The position numbers and the translations under genes are program-made. 48,339 nt of DNA from an uncultured Gammaproteobacteria bacterium. GTDB lineage: Bacteria > Patescibacteriota > Patescibacteriia > Patescibacteriales > UBA12465. The stretch's first letter is position 1, and each line of letters starts with the position of its first letter. Of the stretch, positions 1 to 7,600 are shown piece after piece. Below the pieces are notes generated by a model. The model did not search any database. It saw only the letters and a list, made by a program, of their open reading frames with translations, and was not told the DNA's origin. Location: NCBI GenBank assembly GCA_964355275.1, contig CAYHCB010000007.1, positions 2,759 to 51,097 on the forward strand, written 5' to 3'.

Positions 1-57
1 GAACCCACAACCCCTTGGTCCGAAGCCAAGTGCTCTATCCAGTTGAGCTACGAGCGC
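1..57 (-). tRNA. tRNA-Arg(TCG), 3' end truncated by window edge
   Basis: Reverse complement GCGCTCGTAGCTCAACTGGATAGAGCA-CTTGG-CTTCGGA-CCAAG-GGGTTGTGGGTTC; anticodon TCG, T-arm starts GGTTC. Confidence 0.93.
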
Positions 58-89
58 AAGTGTACGACTTAAGTAGCCGTACTATTTAG

Positions 90-377
90 CTATCTTTTTC
101 CTTTTAGCGCTTGTTTTAAATTGTAGCCAGTTTTAAATTTAGCTACTTTAACTTCGGGAATTGTAATTCTTTCAGTTGGGTTTTGTGGGTTAACACCACC
201 TCTTGAGTATCTAACGCGGGATAAAAAGGTGCCGAAACCGGTAATGGTCACTTCGTGGCCGTTCTTTAATTCGGCAATGATTGTGTCAGTTAAGACGTTA
301 ATCATTTTCTCGGCTTGTTTTTTGTTGATACCTTCTACCTCTTTTGATAATTTTTCGATAATTTGCGCTTTGTTCAT
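90..377 (-). CDS. hup: HU family histone-like DNA-binding protein
   Basis: MNKAQII start, GFGTF, G-x-NPQ arm, KFKTG..LK motifs; 95 aa. Confidence 0.95.
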   Translation of the reverse strand: MNKAQIIEKLSKEVEGINKKQAEKMINVLTDTIIAELKNGHEVTITGFGTFLSRVRYSRGGVNPQNPTERITIPEVKVAKFKTGYNLKQALKGKR

Positions 378-406
378 AAATTTTTTCTTTTAATTTTTGC
401 TTTCTT

Positions 407-435
407 ATTATAATAAAAGGAATTTTTTATTTCAA
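407..435 (-). promoter_or_regulatory. sigma70-type promoter for HU
   Basis: Minus strand TTGAAA (435-430), 17-bp spacer, TATAAT (412-407). Confidence 0.65.
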
Positions 436-458
436 GTCCTAAGAAATATTAGACTTGA

Positions 459-1973
459 TTAACGAGCATACTCTGTTACCCGTAATTCACGGATAACATT
501 TACTTTAATCTCTCCAGGGTATTTTAACTCAGTTTCTATTTTTTTGGCAATATCTCTGGCTAAGTCATGAGCTCTTATGTCATCGGTCTCCTCAGCTTTA
601 ACGAAGACTCTTACTTCTCGTCCGGCTTGGATGGCGTAAGTTTTTTCAACACCTTCAAAAGATAAGGCAATTTTTTCTAACTCTTCAAGACGTTGAATAT
701 AATTTTCATAATTATCATTACGGGCGCCTGGACGAGCCGATGAAATAGCATCAGCTACTTTTACGATTACTGAAATAAGAGAAGCTGGTTTATCGTCGTG
801 ATGAGTAGCGATTGGATCAATAATTTCTTGTGGTAAATTAAATTTTTTGGCAATATCGCGACCGATTTCGGTATGATTACCCTGGACTTCGTGATCAACC
901 GCTTTACCAATATCATGAAGTAGGCCACCTTTTTTAGCCAAAGTGACGTCAGCCCCCAATTCTTCGGCTAAAATAGAAGATAAGTGAGCCACCTCGATAG
1001 AATGACGTAAGGCATTTTGACCATAGCTGGTACGATATTTTAATCTTCCTAAAATCTGAACTAATTTAGGATCAAATCCGGCCACACCAACCTCATACAT
1101 GGCTTCTTCACCGGCTTTTTTTATATCAATAGCAATTTCTTTTTTTGCGGCTTCAACGGCGTCTTCAATTTTAGTAGGGTGAATCCGCCCATCTTTTATT
1201 AAATAATCTAAAGTTTTTTTAGCAATGTGTCGACGAATCAAAGAAAAACCAGAAATAGTAATCGCATTTGGGGTGTCATCTACGATAATTTCGGTGCCAG
1301 TCATCTGTTCAATTGATTTAATATTTCTTCCTTCCCGTCCAATAATTCGTCCCTTCATTTCATCGCTTGGTAAGTCAACTGTAGTAGTCGTTAGTTCTAC
1401 TGTATAGTCAGATACCATTCTTTGCATCGCTAGAGCCATAATATCTTTCGCTTTGTCGGCTAATCTATCACCGCCCTCGTTTTCTAATTTTTGTAAACGA
1501 ACCGATAAATCATCAGCGCACTGTTCTTCAATTTTTTTCAGCAAGGTCTCTTTAGCTTCTTCTTTTGATAATTTAGCTAATTCTTCTAGTTTAGTCGATT
1601 GTTCTTCTTTGATAGCTTTAATTTTTTCTTTAATTTCTTGAACTTCAGTTACTTTGTCATAAAGTTTCTGTTGTTTGTCTTGTAAATCTAATAATTTTTG
1701 AGAAAAAGAATTTTCGCGTTGCTCGAGTCGTCCTTGTAAATCATTTATTTCTTTACGTCTTTGGGTTTCCTCTTTTTTTGATTCCTCAATTACAGCTAAA
1801 GCCTTATCCTGAGCACGAAGTAAAAGCTCTTTTTCTTTTAATTTAGCATCACCAACAATTTTTTCTGCTTTTTGTTCGGCGCTGTTAAGCTTTTGTCCAG
1901 CCGATTTTCTGTAAAGGTAAAATCCAATAAAAAAACCACCTACCAAAAAAACAACGTACAAAATATATTCCAT
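459..1973 (-). CDS. rny: Ribonuclease Y
   Basis: N-terminal TM helix, coiled coil, KH (MKGRIIGREGRNI), HD domain (LLHDIGKA), C-terminal YAIQAGREVRV. Start moved from the track's 2015 to ATG 1973 (MEYILY). Confidence 0.97.
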   Translation of the reverse strand: MEYILYVVFLVGGFFIGFYLYRKSAGQKLNSAEQKAEKIVGDAKLKEKELLLRAQDKALAVIEESKKEETQRRKEINDLQGRLEQRENSFSQKLLDLQDKQQKLYDKVTEVQEIKEKIKAIKEEQSTKLEELAKLSKEEAKETLLKKIEEQCADDLSVRLQKLENEGGDRLADKAKDIMALAMQRMVSDYTVELTTTTVDLPSDEMKGRIIGREGRNIKSIEQMTGTEIIVDDTPNAITISGFSLIRRHIAKKTLDYLIKDGRIHPTKIEDAVEAAKKEIAIDIKKAGEEAMYEVGVAGFDPKLVQILGRLKYRTSYGQNALRHSIEVAHLSSILAEELGADVTLAKKGGLLHDIGKAVDHEVQGNHTEIGRDIAKKFNLPQEIIDPIATHHDDKPASLISVIVKVADAISSARPGARNDNYENYIQRLEELEKIALSFEGVEKTYAIQAGREVRVFVKAEETDDIRAHDLARDIAKKIETELKYPGEIKVNVIRELRVTEYAR

Positions 1974-1984
1974 AATATTTGGGC

Positions 1985-2216
1985 TGTTTTTAGGAAATAG
2001 TGGCGAATCTGGCAAAAACTTTAATTAAAAGATAAAAAACACTTTTAGAGAATAAGTGCTGTTTATTTGCTCATTTTTTTAATATTTTTGTCAATTAAGA
2101 ACAAAAATCTGAGACTATTTTTTAATTTGAAACGGGAATTTAAGGCGTTCATTACGGTTTTAGTTTAAGCTTTAATGATAATCTGCCACAAACAGAATCT
2201 AATTTTCCTAAAAACA
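1985..2216 (-). ncRNA. Candidate structured RNA (6S-like, or rny 5' leader)
   Basis: Perfect 13-bp terminal inverted repeat (TGTTTTTAGGAAA 1985-1997 / TTTCCTAAAAACA 2204-2216), inner GTGGC/GCCAC pairing, internal hairpins, upstream promoter. Confidence 0.5.
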
Positions 2217-2245
2217 ATTAATTATTAATTAGATATTACGCTAAT

Positions 2246-2274
2246 ACTCTAGCATTTATTTATTTGACTGTAAA
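2246..2274 (-). promoter_or_regulatory. Promoter for the structured RNA/rny
   Basis: TTTACA (2274-2269), 17 bp, TG-C-TAGAGT (-10 at 2251-2246). Confidence 0.55.
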
Positions 2275-2384
2275 GATGGTTTTTGAATATTTTATGATGA
2301 TTATAAGTTGACTAAAACAAAAATATAAAGTAATATTTAAGCATCTTAAGCAATAAAAATAAGCATTTTTTGTAAAATACGCCT

Positions 2385-4364
2385 ATGAATATTACCGAGT
2401 TAGCCCGAGTTCTAAGAGTCAATCCGCAGGAGTTGCGTGATCTTTTGCCAAAAATAGGTTTTAATATTGGGCAAAAAGCTATTAAAGTTGATAATAACAC
2501 CGCCAAAAAGATTATAAAAAATTGGCCGGCTTTTAGACGCCAACTGGAAATTCAAAGAGCGGCCGCTTTTGCTAAGAAAAGGGAAGAAGATGCTATTCCT
2601 CATGAGAAAAAAGAAATAAAAATTCCAACTGTCATTACCGTTCGTGATTTTGCCGAAATTGCTCAAGTTCCTGTTAATAAGGTTTTAGTGGAACTTATGA
2701 AGAATGGTGTTTTTGCTTCTATTAATGAAAAAATTGATTTTGACACGGCTATAATTATTGGCGTTGAATTACATCTTGATATCAAGCCTTTAGAAGAAGG
2801 ACAGGAAACCGAGGAAAAAGAGGACCGAAAATTAGCAGAAATTTTAGAAAAAGAAGAAGCAGAGGATATGTATGATCGTCCTCCAGTAATTGTTATTATG
2901 GGTCACGTTGATCATGGTAAAACTAAATTACTTGACTCGATTCGGCGTACTGATGTTATGGCTGGTGAAGCTGGTGGAATTACCCAACATATTGGGGCTT
3001 ATCAGATTTTTAGAAAAAATAAAGTAATTACTTTTATCGATACTCCAGGGCATGAAGCCTTTACTGCCATGAGAAGTCGTGGCGCAAAAGTAGCTGATAT
3101 TGCTATTTTAGTGGTAGCGGCTGATGATGGCGTTAAACCACAAACGGTGGAAGCTTGTCGTATTATTGAAGCGGCTAAAATTCCTTTTTTAGTGGCCATT
3201 AATAAAGTTGATAAGCCAGATGCTAATATTGATAAAACTAAACAAGAACTATCTTCTATTTTAGGGATTACTCCTGAAGATTGGGGTGGTAAAACAATTT
3301 GTGTCCCAATATCTGCTAAGGAAGGCACTGGTATCGAAGAGTTATTAGATATGGTTTTACTAGTAGCTGATACGGAAAACGCTAATATGAAAGCTAATCC
3401 TAAAGCTGATGCTGCCGGAACAGTGGTGGAATCAAACATGGATAAAGGCGCTGGCCCAGTAGCGACTATTTTAGTGCAAAATGGCACTTTACGAGTTGGT
3501 GATCAACTTTGTTTTAACGAAGTTATCTACGGAAAAGTTAAATCTTTAAAAAATTATCGTGGTGAAAATATTATAGAAGCCCTACCATCTATGCCTGCTA
3601 AAATTTTAGGACTTAAAATTTCTCCAGCTGTTGGCGATATTTTAGAAGTTGGCGATGGACGAAAAGTAAAAAATAAAAAGATTCGAACAGCTTCTGAGGA
3701 AACGGTAAAATCTGCCATGACTATGGTTAGTAATGAAGGCGAAGGTAATATTCCTCAAATAAATTTAATTATTAAAGCTGATTTTTTAGGTTCCGCTGAA
3801 GCAATTGAGGAATCACTGATGAAGTTAAATACTGAAAAAGTAAAAGTAAAAATTTTAGCTAAAGGTTTAGGCAATATTACCGAAGGAGATATTAAGCGGG
3901 CCGAAGATTCAGGGGCCAAAATTGTTGGTTTTAATGTCCGTATTACTCCGGTTATTGAAAATTTGGTTCGTGAACGTGGAGTTGATGTTAAAACTTATTC
4001 AATCATTTATGATTTAATTAAATATATAAAAAGTGAAATGCAACAACTTATCAAAGCGGAAACTATTCGCGTTAATGAGGGGCGTATTAAAATTTTAGCA
4101 ATTTTTAGAACGGAGATTGATAAACAAATAGTCGGTGGTCGTGTTTTAGATGGTTATGCTAAACTAGATAGTTTGGTTGAAGTTAAACGTGATTCAGAAA
4201 TTGTGATAACCGGAAAATTAACTAGATTACAAAGTGGTAAACAAGATGTAAAAATTGTTGAAACTAACGAAGAGTGCGGTTTATTATTCGATGGTAAACC
4301 ATTAATTCAGGTTGGTGATATTTTACAAATTTATCACGAAGACAAGGTTATCGATAAATTATAA
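2385..4364 (+). CDS. infB: Translation initiation factor IF-2
   Basis: GHVDHGKT, GGITQHIGAY, DTPGHEAF, NKVD GTPase motifs; short N-terminal region. Confidence 0.98.
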   Translation: MNITELARVLRVNPQELRDLLPKIGFNIGQKAIKVDNNTAKKIIKNWPAFRRQLEIQRAAAFAKKREEDAIPHEKKEIKIPTVITVRDFAEIAQVPVNKVLVELMKNGVFASINEKIDFDTAIIIGVELHLDIKPLEEGQETEEKEDRKLAEILEKEEAEDMYDRPPVIVIMGHVDHGKTKLLDSIRRTDVMAGEAGGITQHIGAYQIFRKNKVITFIDTPGHEAFTAMRSRGAKVADIAILVVAADDGVKPQTVEACRIIEAAKIPFLVAINKVDKPDANIDKTKQELSSILGITPEDWGGKTICVPISAKEGTGIEELLDMVLLVADTENANMKANPKADAAGTVVESNMDKGAGPVATILVQNGTLRVGDQLCFNEVIYGKVKSLKNYRGENIIEALPSMPAKILGLKISPAVGDILEVGDGRKVKNKKIRTASEETVKSAMTMVSNEGEGNIPQINLIIKADFLGSAEAIEESLMKLNTEKVKVKILAKGLGNITEGDIKRAEDSGAKIVGFNVRITPVIENLVRERGVDVKTYSIIYDLIKYIKSEMQQLIKAETIRVNEGRIKILAIFRTEIDKQIVGGRVLDGYAKLDSLVEVKRDSEIVITGKLTRLQSGKQDVKIVETNEECGLLFDGKPLIQVGDILQIYHEDKVIDKL

Positions 4365-4368
4365 TATC

Positions 4369-4719
4369 ATGTCTAAAGTTGAACAAATAAATCAAGTTTT
4401 ACAGCAAGAAATAGCTAATGCTATTAATCGCGAAATCGGTATTCCTAATGCTTTGGTTACGGTTGTTTATGTGCGCACCGCTAGTGATTTACAGTGGGCA
4501 ACAATTGGTGTTTCCGTTTTACCGGATAATGTAGCTGGAACCGTTTTAGCTAAACTGAAAAGTTCTGCTGGTTTACTCTCAAGTATTTTAGCTAAAAAAA
4601 CACGACTGCGAAAAATTCCCAAACTTCGTTTTGAATTTGATCCAACCGAAAGAAAGGCTGCCGTTTTGGAAAATATTATTAATAATTTAGACAAAGAAGA
4701 CGACGAAGACGAAGAATAA
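4369..4719 (+). CDS. rbfA: Ribosome-binding factor A
   Basis: Directly after infB; DLQWATI and RKIPKLRFEFD motifs. Start at ATG 4369 (MSKVEQ). Confidence 0.9.
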   Translation: MSKVEQINQVLQQEIANAINREIGIPNALVTVVYVRTASDLQWATIGVSVLPDNVAGTVLAKLKSSAGLLSSILAKKTRLRKIPKLRFEFDPTERKAAVLENIINNLDKEDDEDEE

Positions 4720-4751
4720 AAAATAATTATCTGAAAATACTATCCTGATAT

Positions 4752-4778
4752 AGTCTAGGCATTGCCTAGACTTTTTTT
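4752..4778 (+). terminator. Intrinsic terminator after rbfA
   Basis: AGTCTAGGC-ATT-GCCTAGACT followed by a T run. Confidence 0.8.
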
Positions 4779-4824
4779 ATTATATAGCTTATAATTAGGG
4801 GTTAAATTAAAATTTTTTTAGTCT

Positions 4825-5838
4825 ATGGATTATAGTATTCGTTATCTACAAGCTTATCTAAAAATAAAAAATGCCAGCAGATTACTCATAGTTGGCCACA
4901 TAAATCCTGATGGCGACGCCCTATCTTCAGTGTGCGCTATTTTAGAACTAACTAAAATACTTAATATAAAAGCCGAGGCTTATTGCCAATCTAAAAAAGG
5001 AGACTCTTTTAATTATTTGCCACATGAAACTCAAATAATTTCTGATAAAAATAAAATATCGCCGCTAACATCTTATGATGTGGTGCTTGTTTTAGACTGT
5101 GGATCACTCTCTCGAACTAATTTATTTGAGGAAATAAATTTAGCACAAAATTTAGTTGATCGTCCATTTATTATTGAGATAGACCATCATCCTAAAATAG
5201 ATGATTTTGCTGATTTAGAAATAAGGCAACCAGAAAAAGCCGCTACCGCAGAAATCATTTATAATTTTTTGAAAGAAAATAAAATAAATTTTAATAAAAA
5301 TTTAGCAAATTGTATTTTAACGGGATTACTGACGGATACCGGAAATTTTCTTTATCCTAATTCTTCAAATCTTAATATTGCTATCGCCTCAGAGATGTTA
5401 AATTACGGCGCTCAATTTCCTAAAATTATAAACAACACTTTGCGAAATCAAAATTTATTATCAATGAAATTATGGGGCCTAACTTTAGATAATTTAACAA
5501 TTAATAATAAATATAATATTGCTTATTCGGTACTTACTAAAGAATCGCTAGATGACTTAACAAAATTAGGGACGCCAGAAGAAATAGAAAAATATTTAAA
5601 TTATGATGTCTATGGTGACTTGGCCGGTTTTTTAAGTAATTTGTCAGATGTTAGGGCGGTAATGCTTCTTAGGGAAGAAGAGGTTGGTAAAATAAAAGGT
5701 AGTCTGCGTACTTCTCGAGCCGATGTTGATATTTCCGCCCTTGCTAAACAACTTGGTGGTGGTGGCCATGCTAAAGCCTCTGGTTTTGTTTTATCTGGAC
5801 ACATTATTAAAACAGAAAACGGTTGGCAAATAATTTAA
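4825..5838 (+). CDS. nrnA: DHH-family bifunctional oligoribonuclease/PAP phosphatase
   Basis: HINPDGDA, LDC, IDHH, TDTGNF and GGGGHAKASG motifs; typical position after rbfA. Confidence 0.9.
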   Translation: MDYSIRYLQAYLKIKNASRLLIVGHINPDGDALSSVCAILELTKILNIKAEAYCQSKKGDSFNYLPHETQIISDKNKISPLTSYDVVLVLDCGSLSRTNLFEEINLAQNLVDRPFIIEIDHHPKIDDFADLEIRQPEKAATAEIIYNFLKENKINFNKNLANCILTGLLTDTGNFLYPNSSNLNIAIASEMLNYGAQFPKIINNTLRNQNLLSMKLWGLTLDNLTINNKYNIAYSVLTKESLDDLTKLGTPEEIEKYLNYDVYGDLAGFLSNLSDVRAVMLLREEEVGKIKGSLRTSRADVDISALAKQLGGGGHAKASGFVLSGHIIKTENGWQII

Positions 5839-5868
5839 AAAAGAGCCCGGTTTATTCGGGCTCTTTTT
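5837..5868. terminator. Bidirectional terminator between nrnA and trmD
   Basis: AAAAAGAGCCCG-loop-CGGGCTCTTTTT between convergent genes. Confidence 0.85.
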
Positions 5869-5872
5869 ATAA

Positions 5873-6541
5873 CTAAATATTTTTTTGATTTTCTTTTCGC
5901 CATTTAGCAATCTCTCCGTGATTACCGTTAGTTAGAACTTCAGGCACTTTATATTTTTTATCTTCAACTTCAAAAATTTCTGGTCTAGTATATTGTGGAT
6001 ATTCCAGCACCCCGACTTCGCTGTGGGATTCCTCTATAGAGCTCTCATTATTGCCTAAAGCGCCAGGGATAAGTCGAGTGATTGAGTCCATTATAACAAG
6101 GGCTGGCAATTCTCCACCAGTTAACACGTAATCACCAATTGATATTTCTTCGTCAATAAAATGTGAAATTCGCGCGTCTACGCCTTCAAAGCGACCACAA
6201 ATAAAAATTACCTCATCTAATTTGCTATATTTTTTAGCTAAAGATTGACTCCAACGTTTACCGCGAGCTGATAGTAATATTATTTTTCTTTTCTTGTCGT
6301 CAGTATCATTTTTTTCTTTAGCCGCTTGTAATGAATTATAAATAATATCTATCTTCATTAGCATTCCCGCTCCACCACCATAGGGAGTGTCGTCAACACT
6401 GCGATATTTATCACTCGCAAAATCTCTTAAATCATTAGCTTTAAAACTAATGATTTGATTATCTAAAGCGCGCTTTAAAATACCCTCATTTAAGTATGAG
6501 TCAAACATTTTTGGAAAAATTGAGATTACTTGGAATTTCAT
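5873..6541 (-). CDS. trmD: tRNA (guanine37-N1)-methyltransferase
   Basis: DDTPYGGGAGM, CGRFEGVDAR, SIGDYVLTGGE, YPQYTRP. Start at ATG 6541 (MKFQVI). Confidence 0.97.
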   Translation of the reverse strand: MKFQVISIFPKMFDSYLNEGILKRALDNQIISFKANDLRDFASDKYRSVDDTPYGGGAGMLMKIDIIYNSLQAAKEKNDTDDKKRKIILLSARGKRWSQSLAKKYSKLDEVIFICGRFEGVDARISHFIDEEISIGDYVLTGGELPALVIMDSITRLIPGALGNNESSIEESHSEVGVLEYPQYTRPEIFEVEDKKYKVPEVLTNGNHGEIAKWRKENQKNI

Positions 6542-6556
6542 ATAGGCATTATAGCA

Positions 6557-6587
6557 GAAAAGCCTCACTTTTTAAATGAGGCTTTTC
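6557..6587 (-). terminator. Terminator after khpA, adjoining the trmD promoter
   Basis: GAAAAGCCTCA...TGAGGCTTTTC inverted repeat. Confidence 0.7.
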
Positions 6588-6610
6588 TTTTTTGTGATGT
6601 AAATTTTTAT

Positions 6611-6949
6611 TTAGATATTTAAATCATCAATGGCTGAGGTATCAACATTCATATCCATGCTGTTGTCACTTGTAGCCATAGGTTTTTCGTGACGTTTTCC
6701 ACCTTCTGGATCATAGATCTTTAGGTTGACACGAGAGTTGTTCTTAGCACCTACGATTTTTAGTAAAGTTCTAATTGCTTGAGCAGTTTGCCCTTTTCTT
6801 CCAATGACATAGCCCATGTCAGCTGGATTAATCTTTAGAGTTAACAGAACTCCCATTTCATCTACCGTTCTTTCAACATTTACGTCCTCAGGGTTACTTA
6901 CGATTTGTTTAACAATCGTTTCTAAAAATTGCTTGTCTTGAGCTTCCAT
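6611..6949 (-). CDS. khpA: KH-domain RNA-binding protein KhpA
   Basis: DMGYVIGRKGQTAQAIRTLL; follows rpsP. Confidence 0.92.
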   Translation of the reverse strand: MEAQDKQFLETIVKQIVSNPEDVNVERTVDEMGVLLTLKINPADMGYVIGRKGQTAQAIRTLLKIVGAKNNSRVNLKIYDPEGGKRHEKPMATSDNSMDMNVDTSAIDDLNI

Positions 6950-7072
6950 ACTTTTATTTTTCCACCAAACGTATTAATGGCTAGCATTAGGTTTGACAGA
7001 AATATTGTTAATTATATTAACTTACCCAAGCGGGTAAGGTTTATGTTGTTATTGTAACAATTAATTACCAAG

Positions 7073-7492
7073 TTATGCAACTACCTCTGGGGCTGCTTCT
7101 GGAACAACCTCTTCGCTAACTACTTCTGGTGCTACAACTGGCTCCACAACTGGTGCTTCGGCGGCTTCGGCTTTTTTTCTTTTATCAGCTTTAGCTTTAA
7201 TTTGTCCCTGTTTTTTTTCACTAACAGTTCCTGGTTTTGAAGCTACAACTTTTTTACCTTCAATAATACCCTTGCTAATTAGCAGGTTGTTAACGGTTGG
7301 GGTCATTTGAGCGCCACGAGCTAACCAGTGGTTAATTCGTTCAGCTTTTACTTGCAAATCTTTATGATATTGGTTATAAGAACCAAGAATTTCTAAAGAA
7401 TTACCATAAGGATCACGTCCTTTTTCGGAAATAATAACGCGAAACACTTTTTTGTTTTTTTTACCAAGCTTAGATAATTTTATAGTTAACAT
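7073..7492 (-). CDS. rpsP: 30S ribosomal protein S16 with an Ala/Pro/Glu/Val-rich C-terminal extension
   Basis: MLTIKLSKLGKK..FRVII, EILGSYN, WLARGAQMT. Confidence 0.95.
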   Translation of the reverse strand: MLTIKLSKLGKKNKKVFRVIISEKGRDPYGNSLEILGSYNQYHKDLQVKAERINHWLARGAQMTPTVNNLLISKGIIEGKKVVASKPGTVSEKKQGQIKAKADKRKKAEAAEAPVVEPVVAPEVVSEEVVPEAAPEVVA

Positions 7493-7567
7493 AATCTTTG
7501 AAACGCATATCTGATCTGTCTATTTCAGATACTGTTTAATTGCTTAAAATGCTGATTTAATAACCAA

Positions 7568-7596
7568 ATTCTAACTTAAAGACTTTAAAAAGTCAA
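7568..7596 (-). promoter_or_regulatory. Promoter for rpsP
   Basis: TTGACT (7596-7591), 17 bp, TAGAAT (7573-7568). Confidence 0.7.
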
Positions 7597-7600
7597 TGGT

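Noticed and set aside
1974-2015. TTG-started N-terminal extension of RNase Y in the track; similar extensions for rbfA, trmD, ORF 37604 and lepA
   Set aside because: They overlap RNA stems, terminators, promoters or the upstream gene; the downstream ATGs fit the families better.
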